Shown here: positions 1-9,708 of the stretch, one piece after another
Numbering within the stretch: the first letter of the stretch is position 1
How the letters are laid out: every line of letters begins with the position of its first letter
From: an uncultured Acidobacteriota bacterium
GTDB taxonomy: Bacteria > Actinomycetota > Acidimicrobiia > Spongiisociales > ZC4RG35
Direction: 5' to 3'
DNA length: 64,000 nucleotides
NCBI GenBank assembly: GCA_963828465.1
Contig: CAWHEU010000018.1
Location: 160,001-224,000 of the forward strand
The notes under the pieces: model-generated
The model's input: only the letters and a program-made list of their open reading frames with translations
The model's database searches: none
Told to the model about the DNA's origin: nothing
Program-made: the position numbers and the translations under genes

Positions 1-433
1 GGTCGACCGCCCTCAGGGCCTGTGAGACATCATCGACGAACACGGACACCGAGAAGTCGACCCCGGGCAGCGAGGACAAGGCCGCTATCTCCGAGATCTC
101 CGAGCGAGTGGAGCGCGCGAAAGACGCCCCTGACCTGGCCAGGGCATCGAGAATCGATTCCCTGGAGCCGTCGGCCACGACGGTCATCCGCCACCCTGGA
201 ACACCGCGCCCGGCGAGGCTCAGCGCCTCCTCGGGCTTGACGACCCAGGCGGCAGGCTCCACGTCGGTGACGCTCTCCGACAGCACGAGAACACCAGCCT
301 TGTGGGCTGCGGTCAGCTCGGCGCTGGTGGGTGACAGCATCTCGACCGCCGTCGTTCCCTCCCGACGCCTGCTGGTCGCCGTCGGCTCGGCAAGCCTCTC
401 GGCGGGACGCACTCTGAGAAACGTGATCGTCAT
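1..433 (-). CDS. hypothetical protein, runs off the window edge; coupled to cofG
   Basis: Manual translation MTITFLRVRPAERLAEP... is open to the edge. ATG overlaps the cofG stop (ATGA) and is preceded by AGGAG. Absent from the ORF track. Confidence 0.6.
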   Translation of the reverse strand, partial: MTITFLRVRPAERLAEPTATSRRREGTTAVEMLSPTSAELTAAHKAGVLVLSESVTDVEPAAWVVKPEEALSLAGRGVPGWRMTVVADGSRESILDALARSGASFARSTRSEISEIAALSSLPGVDFSVSVFVDDVSQALRAVD

Positions 434-1569
434 CTTGCTCCTGATGTCTCCGGGATGAGTGCCAGACCGTCCTTGTCGGCGGCCGCCACTACATCTGCGT
501 ACAACTCGGCGTGTATCCAATCCTCATTGATGAATTCCGGATAGACCGGCAGGCGGGGCCGCAGGGCAAAGCCGGCGGCTTCGGTTCGACTTCGCAGCTC
601 GTCGAGATGGGGCCATGGCGCCTCGGGGTTCACCCAGTCGATGGTGAGCGGTGAGACGCCTCCCCAGTCGTTGATGCCGGCGTCCAGGTAAATCTCGAAC
701 TGCTCGGTGAGGTTCGGCGGCACCTGGACATTGGCCTCGGGCCCCAGGATCCATCGAGCCAACGCGACGACACGGGCGAACCAGCGCGGCACCGGCTCGG
801 CCGAGTGCCGCATCGGAGTGTCGGCCTTGGCCCTGAAATTCTGGATGATGACCTCCTGGATAGCACCGGTAGCCCGGCCGAGGTCTCTCAGGGCGAACAG
901 CGAATCGACGATCTCGTTTCTCGTTTCTCCGATGCCGACCAGGATTCCCGTCGTGAAGGGGACCTTCGCCCGGCCGGCGGCCTCGATGGTCGCAACCCGG
1001 CGAGAAGGGTCCTTGGAGAGGGTCCCGTGATGGGGCATTCCCGGCTCCATGAGCCGGGGCGAGATGTTCTCCAACATCATCCCCATCGATGGATTGGTCG
1101 GGCGCAGCAACCTCATATCGTCATCGTCGAGGAGGCCCGGGTTGGCGTGGGGGAACATGGAGGTTTCCGTGCGCACCAGCGCAGACATCTCGGCCACATA
1201 GGCGATCGTCGAGTCGAGGCCTCGGGCGCTGAGGAAGGAGGCGGCCTGGGGCCAACGCTCCTCGGGCCGGTCCCCCAGGGTGAAGAGGGCCTCGGTGCAC
1301 CCGGCTTCGTCCCCGGCCTTGGCGATGGCCAGGACCTCATCTGGCTCGAGGTACATGCCGCCGGCACCTGGCGGTTTGGCGAAGGTGCAATACGTGCAAC
1401 GGTCGCGGCACAAAGTGGTGAGGGGGATGAAGACCTTGCGGCTGTAGGTGACGACTTGGCCCTTGCCCTCGTCACGGAGCGCCCGGGCGTGGGCAAACAG
1501 AACGTTGTCGTCGAGGTCGCCTTCCAGATAGCGAAGGGCCAGATCGGGATCGGGTGCCGGGTAGGTCAG
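430..1569 (-). CDS. cofG: FO synthase subunit CofG (radical SAM)
   Basis: VTYSRKVFIPLTTLCRDRCTYC (CxxxCxxC), PFTTGILVGIGE, GINDWGGVSPLTIDWVNPEAPWP. Frame is open upstream of the track start; probable CTG start at 1569. Confidence 0.92.
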   Translation of the reverse strand: MTYPAPDPDLALRYLEGDLDDNVLFAHARALRDEGKGQVVTYSRKVFIPLTTLCRDRCTYCTFAKPPGAGGMYLEPDEVLAIAKAGDEAGCTEALFTLGDRPEERWPQAASFLSARGLDSTIAYVAEMSALVRTETSMFPHANPGLLDDDDMRLLRPTNPSMGMMLENISPRLMEPGMPHHGTLSKDPSRRVATIEAAGRAKVPFTTGILVGIGETRNEIVDSLFALRDLGRATGAIQEVIIQNFRAKADTPMRHSAEPVPRWFARVVALARWILGPEANVQVPPNLTEQFEIYLDAGINDWGGVSPLTIDWVNPEAPWPHLDELRSRTEAAGFALRPRLPVYPEFINEDWIHAELYADVVAAADKDGLALIPETSGAR

Positions 1570-1588
1570 TGTTTGCTCGCTCTGCTGC

Positions 1589-2365
1589 TCAGGCTATGCC
1601 AGACGAAGACGCTTCACTCATTCCCCCGTCGACTGGGAGGATGACACCGGTCATCCAGTCGGCGGCATCGGAGGCCAGGAAGACGATGGCACGGGCAATG
1701 TCCTCGGGTGTCCCCAGTCGCCCCAGCGGGTGCATAGCTGCTGCTGCCGCTTCGTCCTGCCAGAGCATCTCCGAGAGCCTCGTCTTGACCACGGCGGGGG
1801 CAACTGCGTTGACCCGGATCGACGGCGCCAATTCCAGGGCCAATTGCCTGGTCATGTGGACCAGACCTGCCTTGGAAACGTTGTAGGCGCCGGTGATCGG
1901 GCTTGGGCGCAGGCCTCCCACGGAGGAGACATTGACAATGGAACCCCCGTTCTTCTCCATCGATGCCCGATAGGCCGCCCTGACCCAGAGCAATGGAGCC
2001 CTCAGATTGACTGCCCAGGTCTTGTCCAGAGCGCCGAGGTCCACCTCCATCAGGGGCCCGGCCGATGGGTTGGTGCCCGCGTTGTTTATGAGGATGTCGC
2101 ACGACCCGAAGCGCTCCACCGTGGCCGCTACTGCCTCATCGGCCGACTCCTCGGAATCCGCCCTAGCCGGCAGCGCTAGGAGCGTCCCCTCGTCGACTCC
2201 AGATTCGATCAACTCCGCCGCTGCCGTCTCTATGTTCTCCGGTCTCCGGGACGTGATCGTGATTCCGGCGGCACGACTCCTGGCGAACTCCGCGGCGGTC
2301 GCCTGCCCGATGCCACGGCTGGCACCGGTGACGAGCACGACCTTTCCCTCAACCGAGACTTCCAT
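1589..2365 (-). CDS. SDR family oxidoreductase
   Basis: TGASRGIG, NNAG, YNVSK catalytic motif. Confidence 0.93.
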   Translation of the reverse strand: MEVSVEGKVVLVTGASRGIGQATAAEFARSRAAGITITSRRPENIETAAAELIESGVDEGTLLALPARADSEESADEAVAATVERFGSCDILINNAGTNPSAGPLMEVDLGALDKTWAVNLRAPLLWVRAAYRASMEKNGGSIVNVSSVGGLRPSPITGAYNVSKAGLVHMTRQLALELAPSIRVNAVAPAVVKTRLSEMLWQDEAAAAAMHPLGRLGTPEDIARAIVFLASDAADWMTGVILPVDGGMSEASSSGIA

Positions 2366-2392
2366 GATCCTCCTCGCACCCGCTCGGGGGTA

Positions 2393-2890
2393 TCAATGAC
2401 CGCCCCTCCGCACCCCGCCGTACTTCATCCTCGTGTCAGACATAGAAGCCGCCTGCCGCTCGTCGTCGTTGACCCCGGCATCGACGAGCTCGCCGACGAA
2501 GAACGTGTGGGTCCCGAGATCGATCGAGTGACGCAAACTGCATTCCATCCATGCCAGCGATTCTTCGAATATCGGGGCACCGGTCACGCCCGGGCGAACC
2601 GGGCGGCCATTGAGCGTGGCGTCCTCCCTCATAGCCGGCTTGGAGAACTTGACGAATACCCGGGTGTCGTCTGATGGCCACAAGTTCACGGTGAACGACC
2701 CGCCCTCGCTGATCAGACGGTGGGTGACCGCTTTGTTGTCGACCCCGACACCCATGAGCACGGGCTCCATCGACACCTGCGTGACCCACGACGCGGTCAT
2801 CCCGTTCCATTCCTCGCCCGATGCCGAGCCGATCAGGGCCAGGGCGTTGGGGATCTTCCAGGTGACCTTGTTGATGAGTTCCGGGTCCAC
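2393..2890 (-). CDS. flavin reductase family protein
   Basis: NGMTASWVTQVSMEP, GTHTFFVGE motifs. Confidence 0.88.
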   Translation of the reverse strand: MDPELINKVTWKIPNALALIGSASGEEWNGMTASWVTQVSMEPVLMGVGVDNKAVTHRLISEGGSFTVNLWPSDDTRVFVKFSKPAMREDATLNGRPVRPGVTGAPIFEESLAWMECSLRHSIDLGTHTFFVGELVDAGVNDDERQAASMSDTRMKYGGVRRGGH

Positions 2891-2937
2891 GTGACTCGCA
2901 TAGGCAAAAGCGGTGCCGACACCCTAATCTCAGCCGG

Positions 2938-3447
2938 GTGCGCATCCTGATCGCCACGACCGGGGTACTTCCAGCAGCCCCGGTAGCAGACCTTTGCCGG
3001 CGCCTCCATTCCGATGACGGGAGTGTCACGGTCATGACTGTGGTGAGGGTCCCTCGCTCCTTCCTCGAGGCTCTCGACGACGACGTGCGTCGCTCCTTCC
3101 TCGACGACGCCCCAATTGGCTCCTCCGATGCAGAGGTCAAGGCGGCCAGATATCTGGAAGAGCGGGGCCAGAAAGCGGTGGAGCCGATCGTGGCCGGGCT
3201 ACACGCCGTCGGGCTCGACACCGACGTTCGCTTCGTCGAGGGCGACGACCCTGCCGAGGCAATCATCAACACGGCCGACGAAGTAGGGGCCGATCTGGTG
3301 ATGATGGGAGCCACCAGGCGTCTCTTCACCGAGGAGGCCTGGCGAAGCGTGTCCGCCCGGGTGATGGACAAGTCGCATCTGCCAGTGCTCCTGGTGCCCG
3401 GCACGCGCTTCGAGGACACCTCGGAGATGCCGGCTTTGGAGATCTAG
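2938..3447 (+). CDS. universal stress protein
   Basis: RILIATTG start; GDDPAEAII..ADLVMMGA..SVSARVM..PVLLVP. Confidence 0.85.
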   Translation: MRILIATTGVLPAAPVADLCRRLHSDDGSVTVMTVVRVPRSFLEALDDDVRRSFLDDAPIGSSDAEVKAARYLEERGQKAVEPIVAGLHAVGLDTDVRFVEGDDPAEAIINTADEVGADLVMMGATRRLFTEEAWRSVSARVMDKSHLPVLLVPGTRFEDTSEMPALEI

Positions 3448-3492
3448 ATCTCCGGCGAGAATCTGTCACACCTCCTTCTTAGCTTCTCCATC

Positions 3493-3858
3493 ATGAATGT
3501 TTCTCCATGGTGCGAGCACAAGCCGGTATGGGTCGGACATGTCGCCGTGACCGCCTGCGCCGACTGCGGGACGATCGATTGGTTCTCGGACAGCGGTCCG
3601 GTGGATCACGCCGAAGCCATGGCCTACCTGTTCGGAAGCTATGACCTCATCGGTCACCTCGATGCGCTGGGCGGGCCGACATCGAGCGTTCTCGCCTACG
3701 CCGCCCCCAACTCCCGTAAGCGGAAGAACCTCGATGCGTTGCCCAAGCACGTCTGGCTCGAAGTGGGCCCACGTCTCTGGCTTTCCCACGACGGTGAGGT
3801 CCTGCTCCTGGCGACCGACCACCAGTTGTTGATCGAAAACCTGACCCGCGGCGCCTGA
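3493..3858 (+). CDS. hypothetical protein
   Basis: 121-aa ORF with plausible composition, CADC motif; fills the gap between neighbours. Confidence 0.6.
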   Translation: MNVSPWCEHKPVWVGHVAVTACADCGTIDWFSDSGPVDHAEAMAYLFGSYDLIGHLDALGGPTSSVLAYAAPNSRKRKNLDALPKHVWLEVGPRLWLSHDGEVLLLATDHQLLIENLTRGA

Positions 3859-3869
3859 GGCCGGCCAGG

Positions 3870-5759
3870 TCAGGCGGTGGCGGCCTCGATGAACTGTGTC
3901 TGGTACAGGGAGGCGTAGAGCCCGTCGGCGGCGACCAACGAGGCGTGGGTCCCCCGCTCGGCGATCTCTCCATCGTCGATGACGAGGATCTGGTCCGCCG
4001 CCCTGACTGTGGACAAGCGATGCGCGATGACGATCGAGGTCCGACCCTCCATCACCTTTTCCAGGGCTTCCTGGATAAGCGCCTCGGACCTCGAATCGAG
4101 GTGGGAGGTCGCCTCGTCGAGGATCAGGATCTTGGGGTCCTCGAGAAGGACCCGGGCAATGGCGATACGTTGCTTCTCCCCTCCGGAGAGGCGGTATCCC
4201 CTCTCCCCCACCACCGTCTCGTAGCCATCGGCCAGCTTGGAGATCATCTCGTGGATGTTGGCGGCACGCGCCGCCTCCTCGATTTCCTCCTGGGTGGCGT
4301 CAGGACGGGCGTAGCGCAGGTTGGCAGCGATGGTGTCATGAAAGAGATAGGTCTCCTGGGTGACCACCCCCACCGCCGCGGCCAGATCCTTCAGCGCGAC
4401 CTTCCTCACGTCGTGCCCGTCGACTCGAACTGCGCCCTGGGTGACGTCATAGAGGCGCGGGATGAGATAGGAGATGGTGGTCTTCCCTGCCCCGGACGGC
4501 CCGACCAGTGCCGTCAAGGTTCCGGGTTCGGCCACGAAAGCGACATGATGCAAGGCCCACTCCCTGGTGCCGGCTCTGGTGGGGGCCACCTGTTCGGGTG
4601 CGGCCCGTCTCCAGCGTCTGACCGCGGCGAGGCCCTCAGGGCCGTCACCCTGATACCGGAAGGAGACGTCGGCGAACTCGACCCGACCCCGTACCAGACC
4701 CATCGGCTCCGGGGAGGAAGGGTCAGGGATGTCGGTCTCGAGATCGAGCACCTCGAACACCCTCTCGAAGGACACCAGCGAGGTGGCGAATTCGACCCTG
4801 GAGTTGGTGATGGCCGAGAGCGGACCGTAGAACTGGGTGAGCAGGGCGGCGAAGGTGACGATCTCGCCTACCTCGATCTCACCGTTTATCACGAGGACGC
4901 CGCCAACCCAGAAGACGGCGGCGGTCCCCACGGCCGAGACGAGGCCCAAGGCGGCGAAGAAACCCCTGCCCACCATCGATCGCTTCACCGAGGTGTCGCG
5001 GACGAGGGCAGCCTGGTCGCCGAACCGCTTGGCCTCCTGGTCCCAGCGGCCGAAGAGTCGGACCAGCATCGCCCCACTGACATTGAATGTCTCCTGGAGG
5101 ATGCCCGACATCTTCGCCTCGTGCTCCATCAGGTCCTGGGTGACCCGTTTCAGTATCTTGGCCACCCGACGAGCCGGTATCACGAAGAGGGGCAATGCGG
5201 CCACCGCGAGAATCGTGAGCCGCCAGTCGATGGCGATCATCGTGACCAGGATGAACACGACGGAAACGACATTTGACACGATGGAGACGAATGTGCCGGT
5301 GATGGCGGATTGGGCTCCCTCCACGTCGCTGTTGAGACGGCTCATCAGTTCGCCGGTCTTGGTTGCGGTGTAGAACCGGAGTGACATCCGCTGCAGGTGC
5401 TCGTAGAGCTCGCGGCGCAGGTCGAAGATGATCCCCTCCCCGACGTTCGACGACCACCAGCGCTGGGCCACGCCGACCAGGGCACTGATCAGAGGAACGA
5501 GGATCATGCCCAGACCGAGCACCGTCAGCTGACCGATGTTGCCGGTGGGGATCGCCACGTCGATGAGCCGCCCCATCAGTATGGGCGGCACCACCCCGAG
5601 GCCAGAGATGACGAGGATCGTGATCAGGACCCCGATGAGACCCGACAAATAGGGGCGGCCGTAGGACCAGACGCGGCGGAGCAGAGCCCGGTCCAGGTCG
5701 GGTCTGTCCTGTTCCTCGTCGTATTGCAGGTAGCTCCACCAGCCACCGGAGTGATAGAT
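3870..5759 (-). CDS. ABC exporter, fused permease/ATP-binding
   Basis: TM domain, GPSGAGKT, LSGGEKQR, ILDEATS. Frame extends upstream to an ATC at 5759 preceded by GGAGG. Confidence 0.93.
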   Translation of the reverse strand: MYHSGGWWSYLQYDEEQDRPDLDRALLRRVWSYGRPYLSGLIGVLITILVISGLGVVPPILMGRLIDVAIPTGNIGQLTVLGLGMILVPLISALVGVAQRWWSSNVGEGIIFDLRRELYEHLQRMSLRFYTATKTGELMSRLNSDVEGAQSAITGTFVSIVSNVVSVVFILVTMIAIDWRLTILAVAALPLFVIPARRVAKILKRVTQDLMEHEAKMSGILQETFNVSGAMLVRLFGRWDQEAKRFGDQAALVRDTSVKRSMVGRGFFAALGLVSAVGTAAVFWVGGVLVINGEIEVGEIVTFAALLTQFYGPLSAITNSRVEFATSLVSFERVFEVLDLETDIPDPSSPEPMGLVRGRVEFADVSFRYQGDGPEGLAAVRRWRRAAPEQVAPTRAGTREWALHHVAFVAEPGTLTALVGPSGAGKTTISYLIPRLYDVTQGAVRVDGHDVRKVALKDLAAAVGVVTQETYLFHDTIAANLRYARPDATQEEIEEAARAANIHEMISKLADGYETVVGERGYRLSGGEKQRIAIARVLLEDPKILILDEATSHLDSRSEALIQEALEKVMEGRTSIVIAHRLSTVRAADQILVIDDGEIAERGTHASLVAADGLYASLYQTQFIEAATA

Positions 5760-5787
5760 GCCTGGCCTCCAGCTCGGCTAGCGAAGG

Positions 5788-6564
5788 TTATCCGCGGGTA
5801 GTGCCTAGCTCCGAGAGCGGGACGAGGCCGGCGGCCATCTTCTGAAGGGCGGCCGGGGCCACATAGGCGCGTCCGAATAGCTCATATCTGTAGTCGCCGT
5901 CGAACCAGACCATCGTGGTGCCATTCGACGCCTCCAGGGACCAAACGGGACGCCCGCCGACCGTGGCAACGGCACAGACCTCGGTGCCCCTGTCCGCGAA
6001 GCGCTCACACGAGTTGTCGGCGCCGGGCGAGGCCACATCGGCGGCGACCTCCGGGTCGACGGAGACACTCATGATGATCATCTGTGCGACGGAGCGAGAC
6101 CTGGTGTAGGGCTCGGATGACCATATGCCGAAGGCGGCCACCGGGTCATCGGCCAGATCGCCCCTCTCGTCGAAGACGAGCTGTGAGGTCACGTACTCGG
6201 ACAGGTAGGGAGTCGATGTTGGAAACTTCACTTCGGGTAGGAGGGCGGCGATCTCGGTGCGGCTCGCCTGGATGAACAGGTCACCGGCCCGGCGGGCGAA
6301 CACTGCCACCTTCAGCGCGGCCGGGTCGTCGAGCGGCGCTCCACTCAGTTCGTCGTTGAACCACTTGAGGACGTTGGCGTCTACGACGATCGGAACCGTC
6401 GTCGCGACGGTTGTCGTGGTCACCACGGTCGGCTCACCGATCCACCCTGAAGTGCGCTGACCCAGAGATGTGAAGGGCGCGTCTCCGCAAGCGGTCAAGA
6501 CGAAGACCGCGGCCAAGACCGTTGCCATGTGGGCACGGGTGCGCACATTCCCTCCGAGTCGCAT
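5788..6564 (-). CDS. putative lipoprotein
   Basis: Lipobox VLTAC followed by a Thr-rich linker. Confidence 0.7.
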   Translation of the reverse strand: MRLGGNVRTRAHMATVLAAVFVLTACGDAPFTSLGQRTSGWIGEPTVVTTTTVATTVPIVVDANVLKWFNDELSGAPLDDPAALKVAVFARRAGDLFIQASRTEIAALLPEVKFPTSTPYLSEYVTSQLVFDERGDLADDPVAAFGIWSSEPYTRSRSVAQMIIMSVSVDPEVAADVASPGADNSCERFADRGTEVCAVATVGGRPVWSLEASNGTTMVWFDGDYRYELFGRAYVAPAALQKMAAGLVPLSELGTTRG

Positions 6565-6703
6565 TGGCCCCCAACTCGGCGTGGGGACCTACTGCTTGTT
6601 AACGAGCCGTCCGGCTTCGCTGGTTCCCCGCTTTTCGACACGGATTCCCAGCCCACAGCGCCGATCCACTGACGGTAACAGCGGGTTCCTTATCCTCCCG
6701 GTT

Positions 6704-7459
6704 GTGCGCCGATACACACTCGTCACCGATTCCTATCCCGGGCACCCTGCCCTCGACGTCGCGGTCAGCCACGCCGCACTTGGCGCCGTCGCCCGTGGCG
6801 AGATCGACGGTCTGATCCGTCTCCACGTCCCGGGGCCTGTGGTGGCTTTCGGGGTCATCGATCGTGTCCAGCCCGGATACGCCCAGGCAGTCCGCGCCGC
6901 CCGCGCCAACGGGTTCGAGGCGGTCGAACGTCTCGCTGGTGGAAGGGCCGCCGTATTCCACGAGCAGACCCTTGCGTTCGCCTGGGCCACGCCGGAAGAG
7001 GAGCCGAGAGCAGGGATAACGGAGAGGTTCGAGATGGTGGCCGGGTTCATGGTGGACGCGTTCGAAAGCCTCGGGATCGACGCCCGCATCGGAGAGCTAC
7101 GCGGCGAATACTGCCCGGGGAAGTGGTCCGTCAACGTCGGTGGGCGAGTCAAAGTGATGGGCGTCGGTCAGCGTCTGGTTCGTGGCGCCGCTCACGTCGG
7201 TGGCGTGGTTGTCGTGGACGACGGGGAGCGCATCCGGGACGTCCTGATACCCGTTTACCGGGCGCTTCGGCTCGACTGGGATCCGCGCACCACCGGTGCC
7301 CTGGCCGACCGCGCCCCTGGTCTCGACAACGAGAAGGTGTCCGCTGCCATCATCGCTGCGATGTCCAAGCGATTCGAGCTCGTCACCGGGGAAATGCCCT
7401 CCTCTGTGCTGGATGAGGCGCACGGGCTCATTGCGGAACATCTCCCACAGGTCGCCTGA
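6704..7459 (+). CDS. lipoate-protein ligase family protein
   Basis: ERLAGGRAAVFH, GEYCPG, KVMGVGQR. GTG start inferred; stop overlaps the aroQ ATG. Confidence 0.85.
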   Translation: MRRYTLVTDSYPGHPALDVAVSHAALGAVARGEIDGLIRLHVPGPVVAFGVIDRVQPGYAQAVRAARANGFEAVERLAGGRAAVFHEQTLAFAWATPEEEPRAGITERFEMVAGFMVDAFESLGIDARIGELRGEYCPGKWSVNVGGRVKVMGVGQRLVRGAAHVGGVVVVDDGERIRDVLIPVYRALRLDWDPRTTGALADRAPGLDNEKVSAAIIAAMSKRFELVTGEMPSSVLDEAHGLIAEHLPQVA

Positions 7460-8547
7460 TGCGGGTCCTGGTGCTCAACGGTCCCAACCTGAACTTGCTT
7501 GGCACCCGTGAGCCGGATGTCTACGGCGACACCACGTTGGAGGACCTGGAGGGCCTCATCGAGCGCTGGGGTGCGGCCCTAGGTATCGAGATCCTGTTCT
7601 CCCAGTCGAATCATGAGGGCGAACTGGTGGATGCGATCCATCGCACCGATGGAGTCGATGGCCTGATAATCAACCCTGGTGCGTTGACCCACACCTCCCG
7701 CTCGATCGGGGATGCCATCGCATCTGTGGGTGTGCCGGCGATAGAGGTACATATCTCCAACGTCAGGCAACGGGAGCCATGGCGTGCGATCTCTCTCGTG
7801 GGGCCGAGTTGTGTCCGAACCATATTTGGCCGCGGCATTGGCGGCTATCAGGACGCTCTGCGCCATCTCCAGAACCGGGCCGCAACCCCTTTCGAGACGG
7901 TCGGTTACGGGCCGCACCCGGACAACGTCGGTGATATCCGTCGGCCTGACGGCGAGGTGGGGGGTTTGGTGATCTTGATCCACGGTGGCCTTTGGCGGCA
8001 GGAATACGAGAGAGACAGCACCGAGACGCTTGCTGTCGATCTCACGGACCGCGGCTATTTGACCTGGAACATCGAATACCGGCGGGGGCAGCAGGGTCAC
8101 TGGCCCGCCCCCGCTCACGACGTTGTGTCAGCGATGGACTTCATCACCAGGGAGATGCCCGGAATGCCGACCGGGATCGTGGGTCACTCGGCCGGAGGTC
8201 ATCTCGGGCTTTGGGCAGCCGTCCGCCGGGCCGACGACATCAGTCTGTTCGTGGGTCTCGCCCCGATCACAGACCTGGCCGCCATGGCGGAGGCCGGAGC
8301 TGTCGGATCCCGGGACGCCCAAAGCTTGCTCGACTCCGGTGCGCCACCCGCTGTTGACCCGATCGACGGAAGGACGCTCCTCGTCCACGGCGAGGAGGAC
8401 GAGATCGTCCCCGTGTCACACTCCACCCGTCTGTCCACAGGATCCCGCGTCGAAGTCGTCCCGGGAATGGGTCATTTCCCCATGCTCGACCCCGAGAGAG
8501 AGCATTGGCCACTCGTAGTGGCCGAGTTGGGGAAATCCCTCGTCTGA
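7459..8547 (+). CDS. aroQ: type II 3-dehydroquinate dehydratase fused to an alpha/beta hydrolase
   Basis: N-term LNGPNLNLLGTREPDVYG, QSNHEGELVD, EVHISN; C-term IHGG, GHSAGG, HGEEDEIVP, GHF. Confidence 0.9.
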   Translation: MRVLVLNGPNLNLLGTREPDVYGDTTLEDLEGLIERWGAALGIEILFSQSNHEGELVDAIHRTDGVDGLIINPGALTHTSRSIGDAIASVGVPAIEVHISNVRQREPWRAISLVGPSCVRTIFGRGIGGYQDALRHLQNRAATPFETVGYGPHPDNVGDIRRPDGEVGGLVILIHGGLWRQEYERDSTETLAVDLTDRGYLTWNIEYRRGQQGHWPAPAHDVVSAMDFITREMPGMPTGIVGHSAGGHLGLWAAVRRADDISLFVGLAPITDLAAMAEAGAVGSRDAQSLLDSGAPPAVDPIDGRTLLVHGEEDEIVPVSHSTRLSTGSRVEVVPGMGHFPMLDPEREHWPLVVAELGKSLV

Positions 8548-8655
8548 GTCGATTCCGAGTTGCCGCGGTTATCCACAGGTCGGTAGGGTCTGGGCCGGGC
8601 TGTGGTGGTTCTGCGCACCGCGCAGGCCCTCGATCCACAGCGGAGTCAACTTCAT

Positions 8656-9243
8656 ATGCGTTTGAGACGCCTCTCGTTTATTGCTGGATGGGCGGCAGTC
8701 GCACTGCTGGCCGTGGCCGGTTTTGCGGCGTTTGGTACTTCGGGCAGTACTCAGGCCGAACTCGAATTCGACGCGACCGAACCAGGTCTTGGCCACACCA
8801 CCGGCGCTCAAGCGGGGTTCAACTTCGCGGTCCTCGCCGGACAGAGCACGGCTGCTGACGGCGATGCCGCCACCGCGACCACTGTCGCGACCGAGCAGGC
8901 GATGGCCACCACTGAGCAGTCCTCAGAGACAATCGCCCCGGACGAGTCGGGGTGGCTGTCCCAGGTCCAGGTTCGCGCCCTTGTCGCCGAGTACTTCGCC
9001 GCCGAGGATGTGAACAAGGCGGTCCGTGTCGCCTGGTGCGAATCGCGTTTCAACCCGGCTTCGACCAATTTGCGCACGGGGGCAGTGGGGCTTTTCCAGC
9101 ATCTCCCTAAGTACTGGGCGGAGAGGGCGGGGAACGCCGGGTTCCCCGATGCCGACCCCTCCGATCCTGAGGCCTCGACCGCCGCCGCGGCATGGGCGGT
9201 CTACAACGAGGGTGGTTGGGACACGTTCGTGTGCCGCGGATGA
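8656..9243 (+). CDS. secreted lytic transglycosylase (SLT/lysozyme-like)
   Basis: Signal peptide; AWCESRFNP...GAVGLFQ motif. Confidence 0.8.
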   Translation: MRLRRLSFIAGWAAVALLAVAGFAAFGTSGSTQAELEFDATEPGLGHTTGAQAGFNFAVLAGQSTAADGDAATATTVATEQAMATTEQSSETIAPDESGWLSQVQVRALVAEYFAAEDVNKAVRVAWCESRFNPASTNLRTGAVGLFQHLPKYWAERAGNAGFPDADPSDPEASTAAAAWAVYNEGGWDTFVCRG

Positions 9244-9265
9244 GAGTGACCCGGCGAGGGCCGAG

Positions 9266-9658
9266 CTGATCAGCCAAAACGTCCTTGGCGGCGATCTTGA
9301 CCCATGCGGCACGGACCCGCTCACAGGCTTCTACCGGGACGGTGATTGCACCACAGGCGTGGAAGACGTCGGAAGTCACACGGTCTGCGCGGTCGTCACC
9401 GAAGAATTTCTCGATCACCAGCGTCAGATCGGCAACGACCTGACCACTCCGATGCCCGAGTATCGATTCCCGGGTCTCGTTCCCGGAGACAGGTGGTGTG
9501 TGACCGCAACGAATTGGTTGAGGGCGCATTTCGATGGGATGGCGGCGCCCGTCGTGCTTGCCTCGACCCATGAGCGAGCGCTGGAGATCATCCCGCTCGA
9601 AGTACTACAGGAATACGCCGTGGATGTTCCTCCCGACCCTGGTGCCCTGGGGATCTGA
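9266..9658 (+). CDS. DUF2237 family protein
   Basis: NVLGGDL..C..DPLTGFYRDG.C, GNDLTTP, PGDRWC, STHERAL; start approximate. Confidence 0.85.
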   Translation: MISQNVLGGDLDPCGTDPLTGFYRDGDCTTGVEDVGSHTVCAVVTEEFLDHQRQIGNDLTTPMPEYRFPGLVPGDRWCVTATNWLRAHFDGMAAPVVLASTHERALEIIPLEVLQEYAVDVPPDPGALGI

Positions 9659-9708
9659 GCCAGCAACCGACCTGGGTGGAGCTTCCGTGACCCGGTACGA
9701 TTTGAGCC

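Noticed and set aside
430-1569. Radical SAM enzyme as a maturase for the repeat peptide
   Set aside because: The motifs clearly identify CofG, there is no SPASM or RRE domain, and it lies about 15 kb away.
3870-5759. ABC exporter as the peptide's dedicated transporter
   Set aside because: No C39 peptidase domain, about 9 kb away and in a separate transcription unit.
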